In this document: one piece after another, positions 1-12,300 of the stretch
Position numbering within the stretch: the first letter of the stretch is position 1
Layout: each line of letters starts with the position of its first letter
Source of the DNA: Macrostomum hystrix
Taxonomy: Eukaryota > Animalia > Platyhelminthes
Reading direction: 5' to 3'
Assembly: GCA_950097015.1 (NCBI GenBank)
Contig: CATNEN010000001.1
Coordinates: forward strand, 12,524,001-12,588,000
Length of the DNA: 64,000 nucleotides
Position numbers and translations under genes: made by a program
The notes under the pieces: model-generated
The model's database searches: none
Told to the model about the DNA's origin: nothing
The model's input: the letters and a program-made list of their open reading frames with translations, nothing else

Positions 1-31
1 GACACTGACTAATAAATCTCATTTCCTGTAG

Positions 32-369
32 GCAAGTGGTCGGAGATCGCCCGCATCCAGATGGGCGCCGTATTCAACATTAGCCAGTCAGAGTTCAAAG
101 CTCAGGCTAGTCTATGGTCGGATACTTACAATCTAGACGTGCTGGAGTCTATGCTAGCCGAGCCGCCAAAGTGTGCAGCCTGCGGCGCGCCGGCTGTTAA
201 ACGCTGTTCGCGCTGTCAGAACGAATGGTATTGCCGGCGGGAGTGCCAGGTGGGGCATTGGTCTAGGCATAAGCCGGCCTGCGACCTGATGGCCGCCGCT
301 AGCTCGTCGTCGAAGGTCACAACGACAACGCCAGCTAAGGCGAAGATTGTTGAACAGGGCGACAATTGA
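32..369 (+). CDS. ZMYND10: Last coding exon of zinc finger MYND domain-containing protein 10 (dynein arm assembly factor); gene starts upstream of the window
   Basis: Acceptor tttcctgtag at 30-31; C-terminal MYND finger [28 protein letters not shown] preceded by YNLDVLE, typical of the ZMYND10/BLU C-terminus; stop at 369. Confidence 0.85.
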
Positions 370-702
370 TTGATCGATTGACAGTTTTCAATATAATTCC
401 CTATTTATTCTTCTAAGTGATGTTTTTTAGTGGCTTTTAATGATTGTTATCCGTCCAATGCTTTGTTTTACTTTTTTTTCACTCAAACTCTACAATAGCT
501 TGGAATGAAGTTTTTATTAGTAAAATATACGATTGGCTGTGTGTTATTTGTAATTATAGTGTACCTGGTTAATAATTTTACTACATTGCTTGAACTAAAT
601 AACTAGTAAGAACCAATTGACGTTTTTAACAATGAACAGTAGCTTTTTGTGTGATGACTTGAGATAAGCTATTTAGAGCTAGTTAATTGGTCTTCACAGC
701 TA

Positions 703-1213
703 AATTATAGATCATTTCGAACTAGATAATTGGTCATTCACAACTAGATCATTGGTCATGTAGAACTAGATCATTGGTCATTCACAACTAGATAATTGGT
801 CATTCACAACTAGATCATTGGTCATGTAGAACTAGATCATTGGTCATGTAGAACTAGATCATTGGTCATTCACAACTAGATCATTGGTCATTCACAACTA
901 GATCATTGGTCATGTAGAACTAGATCATTGGTCATTCACAACTAGATCATTGGTCATTCACAACTAGATCATTGGTCATTCAGAACTAGATCATTGGTCA
1001 TTCACAACTAGATCATTGGTCATTCACAACTAGATCATTGGTCATGTAGAACTAGATCATTGGTCATTCACAACTAGATCATTGGTCATTCACAACTAGA
1101 TCATTGGTCATTCAGAACTAGATCATTGGTCATTCACAACTAGATCATTGGTCATTCACAACTAGATCATTGGTCATTCACAACTAGATCATTGGTCATT
1201 CACAACTAGATCA
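703..1213. repeat. 22-bp tandem minisatellite (caactagatcattggtcattca), about 22 copies
   Basis: Directly visible periodicity, e.g. unit starts at 961 and 983. Confidence 0.95.
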
Positions 1214-1365
1214 GGAGAAATTAAGGGTCAGGATTTGTCATATATTATTTGGAAGGCCATTATACACCTATAGTTGTCACATAAAATTTAGCTGGTTGAA
1301 TCTGATGCAGTCTATCACGCTGATGATTTTTCAGTTTTTTCACTTCAACAGTTGAAATAATTAGA

Positions 1366-2271
1366 ATGCAACAAGAAACCGCCGAGCAGCAGCAGCAGCA
1401 GCAGCAGCAAATTGACGACAATCTAATTTCTACTAGTTGGCGATTAGAGAAAAGGCGACAGGAGAAACAAAGACGGCGAGAACGGCACAGAGCGGCTGTC
1501 AGACTGATAGGTGATTCTTTGATATGAAATTAAAATTTGTTTTCTTACATTTCTACTGACAAGTAGTGCAGTGCTAACATTTGATTTCTTTTTTGTTATC
1601 TTTCGCTAGTTGACTCCGGCCAGGATCACGTGACCAAGCGGGATGCCAGAGCCATCCTGGATGCCAGGCTGCAGTCAGCTTTGACCACTGGCCAGCCAAC
1701 TGTCTGTCTGGACTTGGCCTACGAGCATCGAATGTCTGACAAAGAGGTTGACAAATTGGCGAAACAATTGAACCGACTCTATGGCATTCATAGGGCCTCC
1801 CAGCCTAACATGGCTCGACTCTGTCTCACTAACTACCAGCCGGATTCGCGCCTAGCAACGGTTGCTAAGCGGAAATACTCGATAAATTCCTATCGCATAG
1901 GTTTATTTCCCGGTTCGCCAGCTGAAACATTCCCCGATGGACAGATTGTTTATTTATCTCCCGATGCTCAGCAATGCCTAAATGAGGTGTCTCCAAGCGC
2001 TGTGTATGTGATTGGCGGCTTTGTCGACGAAGCCAGACAGCCGGGCGCCTCCGTGACCGCGGCCTCCGCTGCCGGTTGCGCCTCGGCTTGCCTGCCTATT
2101 TCCAGTCACGTGACTTCCAAATCGTTGCCTAGCAACGCCAGTCTAAATCGTCTAGCACTGCCAGTGAACATAGTGTTTGGCGTGCTTGTTGATGTTAGCA
2201 ACGGAATGAGTTGGGCTGACTCGCTGATGCGGAGACTACCGCCTAGGTTGAAGCTGCAGCCACTGTCCTAG
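1366..2271 (+). CDS. TRMT10B: tRNA (guanine-N1/m1R9) methyltransferase, Trm10 family, TRMT10B-like; exons 1366-1510 and 1610-2271
   Basis: ATG 1366 (MQQETAEQQQ), GT-AG intron 1511-1609 in phase 1 joins the 1630 ORF in frame; SPOUT Trm10 motifs CLDLAYEHRMSDKE..LAKQL.RLYG, IVYLSPDA, VYVIGGFVDE. Confidence 0.8.
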
Positions 2272-2991
2272 TCTCGGATGAAATTAGCTGTGCTAGTACT
2301 GTTCTCTTGTCCTAGATTCATTCGATTCCATGCACTAATAAGGAATCTTCATTCAATTTAGAATTTTGAATTTATCAAAGGCATATAAAAAGTAAATTGA
2401 TCGAGTCTATTTTATTCGAAGAACTGTTTAGCATTCACTTAATTTCCCTATACAAATGATTATGTACTTTAGTAATTAGCATTTAAATGAGGCTTGTTTA
2501 TTGCAGATCTGGGGTCCTGTTCGATTTATCTCGTAGTTAAATGATTTCGAGTCCATTAGAAACAGCCTTCAGTGCTTTTTATTGGACAAATTAATTTGAA
2601 GAGAAGCTGCCAAATTTAACAAAAACAAAGGACAGATTTTGAGTCTCTTGTCTCTTATCTGCAATCTGACCCTCTTCAAAGATTTCCGGCACACTTTGAT
2701 GTTCTCTTTAAAGCATTAATATTTGGATAGCTAGTTAATTATTTTATTTGTTCTTCTCGTAAATCTTCGTCCTCTACGGTTCAGTAATTTAGGCGTTAAT
2801 GCTTGATAAATAAAAAATTAATAATTTAAAGCTTATTTAAACGAGTCGTGTTTGATGTCTAGCATGCTTAAGGCTTCGTGTTCGGTCCCATCAGATCTTT
2901 CTGTTAGGGAGTTAAAACTCAATTTGCATAGCGTTAAATAACATAAGTAGTGTAGTCTGAAGTTCTCATCGTCCTTTTATGAATGACAATT

Positions 2992-3170
2992 AGGGGGACA
3001 TTGGGTAGAGCAGGGCAATGGCACATCATTTGGTGACACCAGACCCGCAGCCTGCGAGGAGGCAATTCTGCTGGCCCTCAAGGGCGTAAATTGCACGACA
3101 AGCCTCCGAGCCTTCTCTCCGCGGCTGCGCCCCAAATAAATGTGGCTTCGCCGTAGAATTGAACTCTAGT
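2992..3170 (-). mobile_element. SINE family 1 copy (internally deleted)
   Basis: Shares cacatcatttggtgac..gacccgcagcc..gaggaggcaattctg and aaattgcacgacaagcc..ccttctctccgcggctgcgcc with other copies. Confidence 0.75.
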
Positions 3171-3349
3171 TACTAGTAGGTTCTCCAGTTCCCCGACTGA
3201 ACTTTTGGTATCATTGTGACGAATGTGCATTCTGTAAAATTTCAGCAACATCACAAAATCATCTTTTGTTTGAATTGAAAACGAACTAGACTAAACCAAA
3301 TCGACAATCGCACATAGTGAACTAGCAGTCTAGCTAATAGCCTTAGAGA

Positions 3350-6300
3350 ATGGACCGGATTGATCCGGACACTCTACTGGACTGGCTCAGCTCGGGCCAC
3401 GGCTGCGATCTGGAGAATCGCCTGATGCAACGCGACGCCCTAGAGCGCCTCTGCGAAGTGCTGCTCTTCTCGGACAATGTTGATCGCTGCTTTGAAATGT
3501 GGTCTCCGCGTGTGTTCCTGCCGGCTCTTTGTCGGATCTTTCTAGACGACAGCGCGCCGGAAGAGATCCTGGAGATTGCCGCCAGAGCTGTCACTTACTT
3601 TCTAGACGTGTCGCACGACTGTTCGCGAAGAATTGTACAAGTTGACGGTGCCGTGAAGGCGGTTTGTTCTCGCCTGACTGTGGCGGATATGTCGGATTAT
3701 TGCAGCAAAGAGCTGGCCCAGCAGTGTATTAAAATCTTGGAAGGAATCTGCCAGCGCGAGCACGCCGCAGTGTACGAAGCTGGCGGTCTGCAGTGCCTTC
3801 TGGCCTTTGTGAAATCGCACGGAGCCAACTGTCACTTGGATGTGACGCATTCAGCTATGAATGCCGCCTCTAGGCTGTGCACTCGAGTTGAACCGTCCGA
3901 TGATAGTTTGCCAACCAGTGTGGACTGCCTGCAGTACCTACTAGAGCATCACGACTCTGGCGTTGTTGACATCACGCTGCGCTGCCTCGCCACTCTGGTT
4001 GATCGTTTCGCAAAGCGCCACGCCGATCCGGCGCCATTGGCTCCCGAAGGCGTTCTGTCCGTCCTGCTGCGCCAGCTGCGTCGTCGATCGGAGCGCAACT
4101 TCACCGCCGTCACGGCCGTGCTGACTTCGCTGTGCAAAGCATCGCCCGAGGTGGCCCAGTCCCTGCTGCTGCGCCAGGATTTAGACCTGCCGGACGCTTT
4201 GATTGAAGCTCTGAAATTGTCATCGTCTGGTGGCGAAGAGCGAGTTGCTCTGGAGTCGCTTCGCCTGTCTGAGTTGCTCATGACCCTGGTATTCGAAGGC
4301 CGGTCAGCACTCGCCCAGCTCTCCGGTCACAGTGTTGTAGCCGCTGCCCTCGGCGGCCTTCGAGGCGCTTCCGGTTCTGGCGGAGGTGGCGCCGGCGGAG
4401 CCGAACGGCCGCACCGTCAGCTGATTGACGCCATACGCAGCAAAGACACCGAGACTGTTGTTGACGCTATAGAATCTGGCGCCTTCGATGTCAACTACAT
4501 GGACGATGTTGGTCAGACACTGTTGAACTGGGCGGCCGCGTTTGGCACCAAAGAGATGGTAAAGTTCCTGTGCTCCAGAGGCGCCGATGTCAACTTTGGC
4601 AAGCGATCCAGCTCACTGCACTATGCCGCCTGTTTTGGTCGGCCAGAAATAGTGAAACTCTTGCTCAAGTATGGCGCCGATCCCACTCTGAAAGATGAGG
4701 AGAATAAACTGCCCATTGACAAGGCTCGCGAGCGTCAGGACGCCGGCCACCGGGAAGTCATCACCATCCTCACCTCGCCACGAGAGTACATGTCTCCGGC
4801 TGGAGCAGCCGCCGATGCCGCAGCTGAAACCGGCGAGGCTGACGCTGTTTCGACATCGAACGGCGCCTCCGGCTTTCCCGAATGCCGACCGGCGTTCATG
4901 CACCGATTTGCGCCAGCCCTTCTCGGACTGTACTGGGACAGCATGGCTCCGACCATTCGCAGGTGCGCAATCCACCTGCTGCTGAAGCTGTTGTCCTACG
5001 CCGATGCCGAGTTTCTGGCAGGCCTTGCTGGCAGCGAGCTGGCTGGCGGCCTGGTCCAGCTGGTGGCTCACGCTCTGCAAGACGAGCAGTCCGATGTTGG
5101 CCAGAGGAATGCCGCCCTGCGCATCGCCGAACAACTGCTGGACAAAGCCAAGCCGGCTTTCGGCGAGCAGTTCTTTCGTCTCGGCGCCATCGCCCAGATC
5201 AGAGTCATGCACGAGATCCACCTTCGCGAGAAGGCTAGGCAGAAACGCGCGGCTAAGGAGCAAGCTAAAGAGCAACTCGCTGCTGGCGCTGCTGCGGCTA
5301 CCACTGAAGCCAAAGCCGCTGCGGCTGCGTCACCGGCCGTGTCCGCTGCGCCTGCAGGTGAGAAATTCACAAATTTGGAGTCCTTTAGCTTCCAGCCATT
5401 TACAATGTCCTCCATCTTCCAGCCATTCACAATGTCTTCCATCTTCCACCTATTCACAATGTACTCCATCTTCGACCCATCTACAATGTCCTTTATCTTT
5501 CAAACATTCACAAAGTCCTCCATCTTCCAACAATTCAAAATGTCTTCCATCTTCCACCTATTCACAATGTACGCTCGTACTCCATCTTCGACCCATTCAC
5601 AATGTCCTTCATCTTCCAGCAATTCACAATTTCCTCTATCTTCCGACAATTCACAGTGTATTCCATCTTCCAACCATTCACAATGTCCGCCATCTTCCAC
5701 CGATTCACAATGTCCTTCATCTTCCACCGATTCACAATGTCCTTCATCTTCCACCGATTCACAATGTCCTTTATCTTCCAAACATTCACTATGTCCTCCA
5801 TCTTCCAACCGTTTGACAATGTCCGACAATGTCCCCCAGCCACATGATTGTGTAGATACCAACCAGATAGCAATAGACCCCGCATCCATCGCAGCTCTGG
5901 TGGAACTTGAGCAGCACCGGCTGTACCTGTGGTCGGACTGGAGTCTGGCTCGCACCCGCGAGAGTCTATTCATATTCGGTCGTCATTGCGCCATTGAGTT
6001 GCCAAATTTAAGCAACGGTTGGTTTAAATACCAGCTGGACTCGCGTGTTTGCACAATGTACAGCAGCGGCAGTGCTGAATCTGAGCAGCCTCAACGTGAG
6101 CACGAGGCTGCCATGCAGCATCAGGATGATTTTACTCGACGTCTGCAATCGGTTCGCGGCCTGGCACTGCGGCATCATCGAAGCAGTCCGCAGCGTCTAA
6201 ATGAATTCCGGGTGGAAGTTGGCAAATGGATGCTATCGGCTAGTTCGACTGAACTGCAAGTCTGCAACCGCGACGGAGGCAGCCAGACCACTGTGCTCAG

Positions 6301-9300
6301 ACCCGGACTAGCCGGCTTCGAGTTTGAGACCGCTAGAAAGACCAAACAGAGGTGAGTTGTTTGTTTGTTTGCGTACTTGTGCTTTTGAGATGGTCTCGCA
6401 GCTTTCCAACTGTCATTGACGTCACAGACGTCTAACACGACTAGACTAGGCTACTACTAGTTCACAGACGTCTAACACGACTAGACTAGGCTACTACTAG
6501 TTCACAGACGTCTAACACGACTAGTCTTCTAGGCTACTACTAGTTCACAGACGTCTAACACGACTAGTCGAGTCTAGGCTACTACTAGTTCACAGACGTC
6601 TAACACGACTAGTCTAGGCTTCTACTAGTTCACAGACGTCTAACACGACTAGTCTAGGCTACTACTAGTTCACAGACGTCTAACACGACTAGTCTAGGCT
6701 ACTACTAGTTCACAGACGTCTAACACGACTAGTCTAGGCTACTACTAGTTCACAGACGTCTAACACGACTAGTCTAGGCTACTACTAGTTCACAGACGTC
6801 TAACACGACTAGTCTAGGCTTCTACTAGTTCACAGACGTCTAACACGACTAGTCTAGGCTTCTACTAGTTCACAGACGTCTAACACGACTAGTCTAGGCT
6901 ACTACTAGTTCACAGACGTCTGACACGACTAGACTAGGCTACTACTAGTTCACAGACGTCTAACAAGACTAGTCTAGGCTTCTACTAGTTCACAGACGTC
7001 TGACACGACTAGTCTAGGCTACTACTAGTTCAGAGACGTCTGACACGACTAGTTTGGGTGTTGCCAAAAAACTATGCTTCAGAGGCCGCAGCACTTGAAT
7101 TGCGCCTTCGACAAAAATCGGCATTTTTTCGTTTTTTAACGCAAAAGACTAACTTCACTATAGTAGACTGACTGGCTTGACACAGTTTGCTAAGCTCTCA
7201 AATCAGTCCTTTGTCAATTTTGTTTTGTTTCACATTGATGTTTTTTTGTCTGTGCCTTGCCTTTTGATCGCGATATTTTTAGCTACAGCTTCAGCCCTAC
7301 TCTTTATCCTTCCCGTATCTTCTCCGTATCCGTTATATTTTCGCATTCTACCGTAATGATTGTTTGCATTTGATTCGGTTTTTTGCCGTATTCAAACACT
7401 GTTGCTCAAACATCGAGCTTAGATCAGAAAGCTAGTTCATCTGTTTAGGGAGTTTTTTAGTCCCTGCTGTCCGCTATGTTTCTACCTGCGCTACAGACTT
7501 ATAGCTTAACTTGATGATGTTTTCAAATAAGTTTTTTATTAATTTCAGATATGTCAGCGAGTATCAACCACAGACACAGCAGCAGCAGCAGCCGCCCGAC
7601 TGTAACTCTCTGGCTAGTACACTATTCCTTCGTCATCTTCAAGACATTGACGCGGCTCAGACTGGGGTCTGCGATCGTCTGCGAGCTGTCGGTCGGGCCC
7701 TCGCCGCCACGCCCAACCAACCAACCGAGGCGTCCCCAACGACTGTCAACGAGTCGGCTGTTGATCAGCTAGTTGAACTGTTCAACCAGGAGGCCACGGT
7801 GTCAGCCTACGAATTGCACACCTCCGGTCTGCTGCCTGCCCTGCTCATGTACTTGCACAGCGAGGAGCGGTCCACTGCAATGGCCCGGCAGGCGCATTTC
7901 CTGCGTCAGTTCAGCGGTCGGCCAGCCGAACTGCTCGTAGGCAAATTGGTAGCTGTGCTGCAGCTGGTTGAGCGCCTGCCGCTGCTCCTGCTTGACTCCG
8001 CGCCGAATGCTAGCGCAGCTTCCGCTTCTTCCGCAGCCGCCGCTGCAGCCGCCGCCGCGGCTAGCGGCTCAGGAGCTTCGGCTGTTGTAGCCGCCGCCGC
8101 TGCTGCTGCTGCCGCTGCCGCTACTGTTGGCCGGCACGGCAGTTCGGCAACCACAGGCGACCAGCTAGCTAGTCTGGTTAAGAAGCTCCGACTGCAGCTA
8201 GAGTTCAGCGCCGCCTCAACCAGCTCCGCTAGCGCCGTAGCATCGGACGGCCTTGTTGATCTCACGGGTCGTCAGCTTCGCATTGAACCATTGTGCACCG
8301 TAGGCGAGCTGGAGCAGTACTTGTTGAAGCGAGTCTGCAAGCAGTGGCACGATCTAGACCGGTCCACTTTTCTTATGTTTTCGGCCCTTTCTGCCGCTCC
8401 CAACGGCTGCCTGCAGTTTAATTATTCCTACGACTTCGACGAGAACGGCGTCATCTACTGGCTTGGCACCAATGCCGGCAGTCAGCAGGGCTGGGTCAAT
8501 CCTGCCCAGGTTGGCATAGTTGCTATGGCAACCTGGAATGGCAAAGATTTGCCCTACGGCAAGCTGGAAAATTTACTATCTAGGGATCACGCGCCGTTCA
8601 ATTGTCACACGGCTGACGATAGTCAAGCTGCCATCCAAATCGACCTGGGCGTCGACCTGCTGCCCAGCGCCTACACCCTGCGTCACGCCAGGGGCTTCTC
8701 GCGATCTGCGCTGCGTAATTGGCGTCTGGAAGCGTCCCACGACGCCCAGCACTGGATTGTCATCAGTTCGCATGTTAACGATGAGGGCCTGCGAGATCCT
8801 GGCTCTACTTGCACCTGGACTATCGACCTGACTGCTAGCTGCAGCAGCGAGGCCGGGGATGGAACTGCTGCTGCTGCTGCTGCTGATGCTGCTGCTGATG
8901 TGACTGGCAAAGGATGGCGCTACTTCCAAATTAAGGTAATAACCATCTTTATTCTCCCATCTCACATTGAGTCTACCAGTCGCCCTATTTCCCATCTCTG
9001 TCCTTGAGTCTACCAGTCGCCCTATTTCCCATCTCTGTCCTTGAGTCTACCAGTCGCCCTATTTCCCATCTCTGTCCTTGAGTCTACCAGTCGCCCTATT
9101 TCTCATCTCTGTCCTTGAGTCTACCAGTCGCCCTATTTCCCATCTCTGTCCTTGAGTCTACCAGTCGCCCTATTTCTCATCTCTGTCCTTGAGTCTACCA
9201 GTCGCCCTATTTCTCATCTCTGTCCTTGAGTCTACCAGTCGCCCTATTTCCCATCTCTGTCCTTGAGTCTACCAGTCGCCCTATTTCTCATCTCTGTCCT

Positions 9301-12300
9301 TGAGTCTACCAGTCGCCCTATTTCTCATCTCTGTCCTTGAGTCTACCAGTCGCCCTATTTCTCATCTCTGTCCTTGAGTCTACCAGTCGCCCTAATTCCC
9401 ATCTCTGTCCTTGAGTCTACCAGTCGCCCTATTTCCCATCTCTGTCCTTGAGTCTACCAGTCGCCCTATTTCTCATCTCTGTCCTTGAGTCTACCAGTCG
9501 CCCTATTTCCCATCTCTGTCCTTGAGTCTACCAGTCGCCCTATTTCCCATCTCTGTCCTTGAGTCTAACAGTCGCCCTAATTCTCATCTCTGTCCTTGAG
9601 TCTACCAGTCGCCCTATTTCCCATGTCTGTCCTTGAGTCTACCAGTCGCCCTATTTCTCATCTCTGTCCTTGAGTCTACCAGTCTCCCTATTTCCCATCT
9701 CTGTCCTTGAGTCTACCAGTCGCCCTATTTCCCATCTCTGTCCTTGAGTCTACCAGTCGCCCTATTTCCCATCTCTGTCCTTGAGTCTACCAGTCGCCCT
9801 ATTTCCCATTTCTGTCCTTGAGTCTACCAGTCGCCCTATTTCCCATTTCTGTCCTTGAGTCTACCAGTCGCCCTATTTCCCATCTCTGTCCTTGAGTCTA
9901 CCAGTCGCCCTATTTCTCATCTCTGTCCTTGAGTCTACCAGTCGCCCTATTTCTCATCTCTGTCCTTGAGTCTACCAGTCGCCCTAATTCCCATCTCTGT
10001 CCTTGAGTCTACCAGTCGCCCTATTTCTCATCTCTGTCCTTGAGTCTACCAGTCGCCCTATTTCTCATCTCTGTCCTTGAGTCTACCAGTCGCCCTATTT
10101 CTCATCTCTGTCCTTGAGTCTACCAGTCTCCCTATTTCCCATCCCACCTTGAGTCTACACTCTACCAGTCTTCCCATATCCCATCGCTGTCGTTGAGTCT
10201 ACCAGTCTCCCTATTTTCCATCTCTCCCATCTCATCTCACCCAAATTTACGATAGATATAAATACAGAGGTAATAGGCTTATCCCATCTGGAGCGAAGCA
10301 AATAAATTGATGTCAATCATTTATTTCAGTTTCTGTCACAGATGTTAATCACGCCTTCAAATATTGATCCTGGCAGATCGCGATTATTAATTAATTCGAT
10401 CTTATAACCATTCGCGTGTAGTTCTTCATCGCTTCAGTACAAGGAACTAATAAGAGGCTCAGGTGCTGCGGAAGAGAAAATTAAATGGCAGAGGAAGTAC
10501 AAAGTCCACTATTAAAAAAGGGGATTTCGATATTTCGCGTACTGTCCTTAAAATTTCAAGAACTCAGATTTAAGAGAAGCATTTTTGAGTCGTTAAAGAG
10601 AAACATTTTGAGTCGTTTGAGAAGTGTTTGAGTCATTAAGAGAAGCCGCTGCGTTCTGTTTCCAGGTGACTGGCAAGAACTCAAGCAACCAGCTGCACGT
10701 GCTGAGCTGCTCCGGCCTAGAATTCTACGGTCGAATCACCGGCGCCCACGCTGAAGTCGGCGCTGCGCTGCGCGCGAGAGAGCAACAGCTGGCCAAGGCC
10801 AGGCGACGCATTCGAGATCACGCGCTAAACCAGATGGTGCCCGGAGCTAGGGTTGTGCGCGGACCTGACTGGTGCTGGGGATCGCAGGACAGCCTGGGTG
10901 AAGGCACCGTCACCAAGGAGCTCACTGGTGGCAAAGTAGCCGTGCGGTGGGACGCCAAACCGGACCAGACCAAGCTATATCGAATGCACAAGCGGGACAA
11001 TGTCTACGATTTGGCTTTGGCGCCGTCGCATGATGAGCAGCAGGTGAGGATTTATTTGGACCTCGATTTAATCATAACAATTTTACCTGTAACAGAGTCC
11101 CTGTACGCGTCCGTGTTTGAAAGTGTACTTTTAACTGCTTCATTGGCCAATGAAAATAAATGATAAAAATAATGATAAGGGCTGCGGGAATGCCACATCG
11201 TTTAATGACACTTGAGGAGGCAATTCTGCCCATTTCGCTGACTCCTGAGCACACACGCACACAGATACTGTAGGCAGGCACACGCTCACACAGGTGTGTA
11301 CATCTGGCCTGACTTTCTCATCGTCAGGCAGCGTACACTCTCACTGTGCCTTGGAGGCGTAAATTCCACGACAAGCCTCAGAGCCTTCTCTCCGCGGCTG
11401 CGCCTCAAATGAATGTAAGAGGCAAACCCGTTAACCGCTCTGCCACCCTTCCCCAGGTGCGCCAATACAATCTGACGCAGCGAAAGAGCAACAGCTCCCC
11501 TGCGCTAGACATGACCTACAGCGGCGCATCAGCCGGCGGCGGCGGCGGCGGCTCCGGAATGTCGGCTGTGCTGAATGAAGTCGAAAAGATGGACGACGAA
11601 GAGCGATGGCTGTCCGAGGTGCTCGGCCGGGGCGACCTGAGCCTGCTGAAGAACATGGAGGACCTCATGATGCGCGGTGGACGACTCGGCATCGATCAAT
11701 TGACGGCCAGCGATCCCAGTCTGGACTCCGAAGCAGCCGGAGCTACGGCAGCTGCGTCTTCGGGCGCCCCGGCCGATTCCTCCGGGGCTGCGTCGGGCAT
11801 GTCGTCAGCGTCAGCTCCGTCGTCGGCTTCAGCTGGCGTCGGCGCCACCGGCGGCGCTCCCGGCGACTTCTCAGACTTTTTCAACAACTTCGCAGCTGCC
11901 GTTCGCAGCTCGATGCGGCGCCAGAACCAGCAGCAGCAGCAGTCGTCCTCGTCTTCGTCCTCGCGGGAGCAGCAGCAGTACCATCACCACCTGTACCATC
12001 ACCACATGCTGCACGCTGGCGGTCGTAGCTCTGGCGCCGCTGCTGCAGCCGCGGCTTCGCAGACTCCGGACCTGCGTCGTCAGTATGCCAAGCTGTGGAA
12101 TCGAGGAGCTCACCGCAGCGCCATCTCAGGCGGCAGCAGCGTCAGCCGAAGCCACGGGACTGTCGGTGGTGCGAGCAGTGTCGGTGTCGCCGTATCGGAG
12201 CCGCCGCCGGATTCTACGCAGAGTTTCCCAAATCTGCCAACATCTTCGTCTGTTGAATCCAAGCAGCAGCAGCAGCAGTCACAGGCGTCATCAAACTCGA

